Assembly (NCBI RefSeq): GCF_002356295.1
Contig: NZ_AP018042.1
Coordinates: forward strand, 960,361-1,024,360
Reading direction: 5' to 3'
DNA: 64,000 nucleotides
From: Labilibaculum antarcticum
GTDB taxonomy: Bacteria; Bacteroidota; Bacteroidia; Bacteroidales; Marinifilaceae
Below are positions 61,341 to 64,000 of the stretch, in pieces. The notes under the pieces were generated by a model. It saw nothing but the letters and a program-made list of their open reading frames with translations. It searched no databases and was not told the origin of the DNA. Each line of letters opens with the position of its first letter. Within the stretch, counting starts at the first letter, position 1. The translations under genes were made by a program, and so were the position numbers.

Positions 61341-62387
61341 TTAGTTATTTTCTGGTCTTAGTTTACGAACAGCTGTACCAGCTCTCCACATTTCACTCTC
61401 GCGAAGTTCTTTTAACTCAGCATCCAACTTCACACGATAGTCGTCCTGACTATTTGAATCGATAGAACGTTGTGCTTCATTACCTGCAGCAACTTCTTTG
61501 TACAATTTTTCGAAAACCGGCTTAGTAGCATCACGGAAAGGCTTCCACCAATCTAATGCTCCACGCTGTGCTGTTGTTGAAGTATTTGCATACATCCAAT
61601 CCATTCCATTTTCAGCAACCAACGGCATTAAACTTTGAGTTAACTCTTCAACTGTTTCGTTAAATGCCTCAGAAGGAGTATGTCCGTTTTCACGCAATGT
61701 ATCATACTGAGCTGCAAAAATTCCTTGAATACATCCCATTAAGGTTCCACGCTCACCTGTTAAATCAGAATATACTTCTCTTTTAAAAGTAGTTTCGAAT
61801 AAGTACCCTGAACCCACACCAATTCCTAAAGCAACTACACGATCAAAAGCTTTTCCTGTTGCATCCTGAAAAATTGCATAAGATGAATTCAATCCACGTC
61901 CCTCTAGGAACATTCTTCTTAAACTAGTTCCTGATCCTTTAGGAGCAACCAAGATAACATCAACATCTTTTGGAGGAACAATATTTGTACGCTCTTTGTA
62001 AGTGATACCAAAACCGTGAGAAAAATAAAGAGCTTTACCTGGCTTCAAATATTTTTGTACAGTTGGCCAAACAGCAATCTGTCCCGCATCCGACAATAAA
62101 TATTGAATAACTGTAGCTCTGTCCAATGCTTCTTCTATTTCGAAAAGAGTTTCTCCTGGAACCCAGCCATCTGCAATAGCTTTATCCCAAGTTTTAGAAG
62201 CTTTACGCTGACCAACGATTACGTTAAAACCGTTATCTTTTAAATTTAATGATTGACCAGGGCCTTGAACACCATATCCGATAACCGCAATGGTTTCATC
62301 TTTCATTACCTCACGTGCCTTTTCCAATGAAAATTCTTCACGTGTAACTACTTTTTCTTCAACGCCACCAAAGTTTATTGTTGCCAT
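61341..62387 (-). CDS. ilvC: Ketol-acid reductoisomerase
   Basis: 348 aa with a Rossmann domain (GYGVQGPGQSLNLKDNG) and a C-terminal knotted helical domain. Confidence 0.9.
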   Translation of the reverse strand: MATINFGGVEEKVVTREEFSLEKAREVMKDETIAVIGYGVQGPGQSLNLKDNGFNVIVGQRKASKTWDKAIADGWVPGETLFEIEEALDRATVIQYLLSDAGQIAVWPTVQKYLKPGKALYFSHGFGITYKERTNIVPPKDVDVILVAPKGSGTSLRRMFLEGRGLNSSYAIFQDATGKAFDRVVALGIGVGSGYLFETTFKREVYSDLTGERGTLMGCIQGIFAAQYDTLRENGHTPSEAFNETVEELTQSLMPLVAENGMDWMYANTSTTAQRGALDWWKPFRDATKPVFEKLYKEVAAGNEAQRSIDSNSQDDYRVKLDAELKELRESEMWRAGTAVRKLRPENN

Positions 62388-62404
62388 TTTGTTTCTATTT
62401 TAGA

Positions 62405-62448
62405 TATTAGATTTGAGATATTAGATTTTGAGATTGAAATGTGACCTT
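62405..62448 (-). promoter_or_regulatory. Two tandem copies of the 18-nt element (gene strand CTCAAAATCTAATATCTCAAATCTAATATCTAAA) upstream of the ilvC ATG
   Basis: The plus strand reads tagatattagatttgagatattagattttgagatt. Paralogue of 55617-55634. Confidence 0.4.
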
Positions 62449-62500
62449 TACTATTTTCTCACATCTCATTTCTATCATCTTACATCTATTATAAATTTGA

Positions 62501-63019
62501 TTAATTATTTGATAATTCTTTTAAATAACTGGTAAACTCTTTATGCTGACAGGATACAGCAACTCTACCCGAACGGGCAAACTGCAACACACCAAATTGT
62601 TCTAGCTCATTAAACAACTCTTGATTTTCCGCCTTGTACCCGACCTTTTCAATTACAAGGAAATCCGGGTGAACCGTTAGTATTTTTGCATTTTGACTTC
62701 TCATTATAGCCTCCAGATTCCCGTTCAATGTTGGGGAATTGGCAATTTTAAAGAGTGCCACTTCCTGATGCACAATTTCATCATCCTCAAAATAGAAGGC
62801 CTTGAATACCCCTATAATTTTTTCGATTTGACGAACCACGTTTTCAACTCGCATTTCATCCATAAAAGCAACGATGGTATATCGGGAAACCCCTTTTACT
62901 TCCGATTCGGAAACTGTTAAGCTTTCAATATTTATTTTTCTTCGGGAAAAAACGATGGTTACCTCATTCAACAAACCGATGTCGTTTTCAGAAAAAATTG
63001 TTATTGTATATTCTTTCAT
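62501..63019 (-). CDS. ilvN: Acetolactate synthase small (regulatory) subunit
   Basis: 172 aa with an ACT domain at the N-terminus (ITIFSENDIGLLNEVTIVFSRRKINIESL). Confidence 0.85.
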   Translation of the reverse strand: MKEYTITIFSENDIGLLNEVTIVFSRRKINIESLTVSESEVKGVSRYTIVAFMDEMRVENVVRQIEKIIGVFKAFYFEDDEIVHQEVALFKIANSPTLNGNLEAIMRSQNAKILTVHPDFLVIEKVGYKAENQELFNELEQFGVLQFARSGRVAVSCQHKEFTSYLKELSNN

Positions 63020-63047
63020 GTCTATGATATTTCTCTGTTAAATAAGT

Positions 63048-64000
63048 TTATTCTAATCGCATGTCCGATACTGCAGCCCCTGGTGCAATCATTGGCAACA
63101 CATTACACTCCGTCTCAACAATTACTTCCAAAAAGAAAGCTCCCGGAGTTTCGAGCATCTCTTTTATTGCAGCATCCAAATCTTCTCTCTTGGATACTCT
63201 TTTTCCTTTTATTCCGTATCCATCAACAATCTTTACAAAATCAGGATTCTCTAACTGTGTATTTGAAAATCGTTTTTCGAAAAACAAATCCTGCCACTGA
63301 CGAACCATTCCTAAAAATGAATTATTCAATACGATTGTTTTAACCGGCAAATGATACTGTTTGATTACCGCAAGTTCCTGTAAAGTCATTTGGAATCCGC
63401 CATCTCCCGAAACAGATACCACTGTCGCATTCATATCAGCGATTTGAGCTCCAATGGCTGCAGGCAAACCAAATCCCATGGTACCCAATCCTCCTGATGT
63501 GATCTGAGTATTTGGCTTTTTAAATTCGTAATATCTGGCACTTGTCATTTGGTGCTGACCTACATCGGTACACAAAATGGCTTCTCCGTTGGTCTGCTCC
63601 GATAACAAACGAATTACCTCGGCCATGTTAATATTTTCCTTGTTGGCATAAGCCTGCTTACTTATTACCTTATCAAATTCAAGCTGATAGTAATCTTTGA
63701 AAGACTTCATCCACTCCACTTTTTCCTGGCCGCTAACCAACTTGTTCAATTCGACAAAAGCTTGTTTAGCATCAGCAAGTACAGGCACATCAACAATAAT
63801 ATTCTTGTTGTGCTCCGACCTGTCGATATCAATATGAATGATTTTTGCCTGTTTGGCATATTTTGCTGTATTACCAGTTACACGATCGTCGAAACGCATA
63901 CCAACAGCAATCAAAACATCACATTCGTTGGTATTCATATTTGGACCATAGTTTCCATGCATTCCTAACATTCCAACATACAATGGATGATCGGTAGGGA
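63048..64000 (-). CDS. ilvB: Acetolactate synthase large subunit (partial; N-terminal part lies beyond the window end)
   Basis: The ThDP-binding C-terminal domain ([21 protein letters not shown]) is present and the ORF is open to the window edge. The track's Met at 63983 is internal. Confidence 0.85.
   Translation of the reverse strand, partial: PTDHPLYVGMLGMHGNYGPNMNTNECDVLIAVGMRFDDRVTGNTAKYAKQAKIIHIDIDRSEHNKNIIVDVPVLADAKQAFVELNKLVSGQEKVEWMKSFKDYYQLEFDKVISKQAYANKENINMAEVIRLLSEQTNGEAILCTDVGQHQMTSARYYEFKKPNTQITSGGLGTMGFGLPAAIGAQIADMNATVVSVSGDGGFQMTLQELAVIKQYHLPVKTIVLNNSFLGMVRQWQDLFFEKRFSNTQLENPDFVKIVDGYGIKGKRVSKREDLDAAIKEMLETPGAFFLEVIVETECNVLPMIAPGAAVSDMRLE

Noticed and set aside
1-64000. Search for rRNA, tRNA, CRISPR and phage/integrase signatures across the window
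   Set aside because: None was detected by eye. The only mobile-element signature is the IS200/RAYT-like module.

Overview
This 64 kb window is chromosomal DNA at about 36% GC with Bacteroidota-style gene content. That assignment rests on hybrid two-component AraC regulators, sulfatase plus sialate-O-acetylesterase CAZyme clusters, RND and MacAB-TolC efflux, LytS/LytTR, and AT-rich leaders without Shine-Dalgarno sites. Coding density is high; no rRNA, tRNA or CRISPR was seen.

Gene content, 5' to 3':
- 1-14.6 kb: a minus-strand glycan-degradation cluster of the polysaccharide-utilization type, with no SusC/SusD in the window. It holds a Tat-secreted putative glycosidase (partial), a SASA-esterase::GH2 fusion, a beta-propeller glycoside-hydrolase-like lipoprotein with a probable 3' frameshift, a sialate O-acetylesterase, a sulfatase and a beta-helix protein. 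A 1379-aa hybrid two-component sensor/regulator sits at its end.
- 14.7-21 kb: a thioesterase and a tripartite RND efflux operon (adaptor, pump, TolC).
- 21-30 kb: a YbeD-like small protein, galactose mutarotase, split LysO-like membrane proteins, Xaa-Pro aminopeptidase, an S28-like serine hydrolase and an M16 insulinase-like peptidase.
- 30.1-31.2 kb: an IS200/IS605-type transposase gene (RAYT-like) embedded in arrays of REP-like hairpin repeats.
- 31.3-37.2 kb: a flotillin (SPFH) plus NfeD-like operon next to a 1092-aa tricorn-like S41 protease. The protease's upstream region carries a duplicated promoter-like segment around a tandem array of about 21 bp AAAGCTTT units.
- 37.9-42.7 kb: a GH97 glycosidase and a prolyl oligopeptidase.
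- 42.8-53 kb: a TPR/HTH membrane regulator, TolC, adaptor, PEBP-fusion and MacB ATPase/permease genes, a small secreted paralogue, and a LytS/LytTR pair.
- 53.2-64 kb: a branched-chain amino-acid biosynthesis operon on the minus strand (ilvB' partial, ilvN, ilvC, leuA, leuC, leuD, a second LeuA-family citramalate-synthase-like gene, leuB, ilvA).

The findings most worth a second look are the RAYT/REP module, the AAAGCTTT tandem array with its duplicated promoter, a perfect 16-bp palindrome repeat in the nfeD-flotillin promoter, and a candidate Ile/Leu-rich leader peptide plus intrinsic terminator upstream of leuA. Also of note are a conserved 18-nt element upstream of ilvC and leuB and a paralogous secreted domain of about 90 aa flanking the macB genes. 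All functional calls are from motif recognition by eye; no database search was possible.
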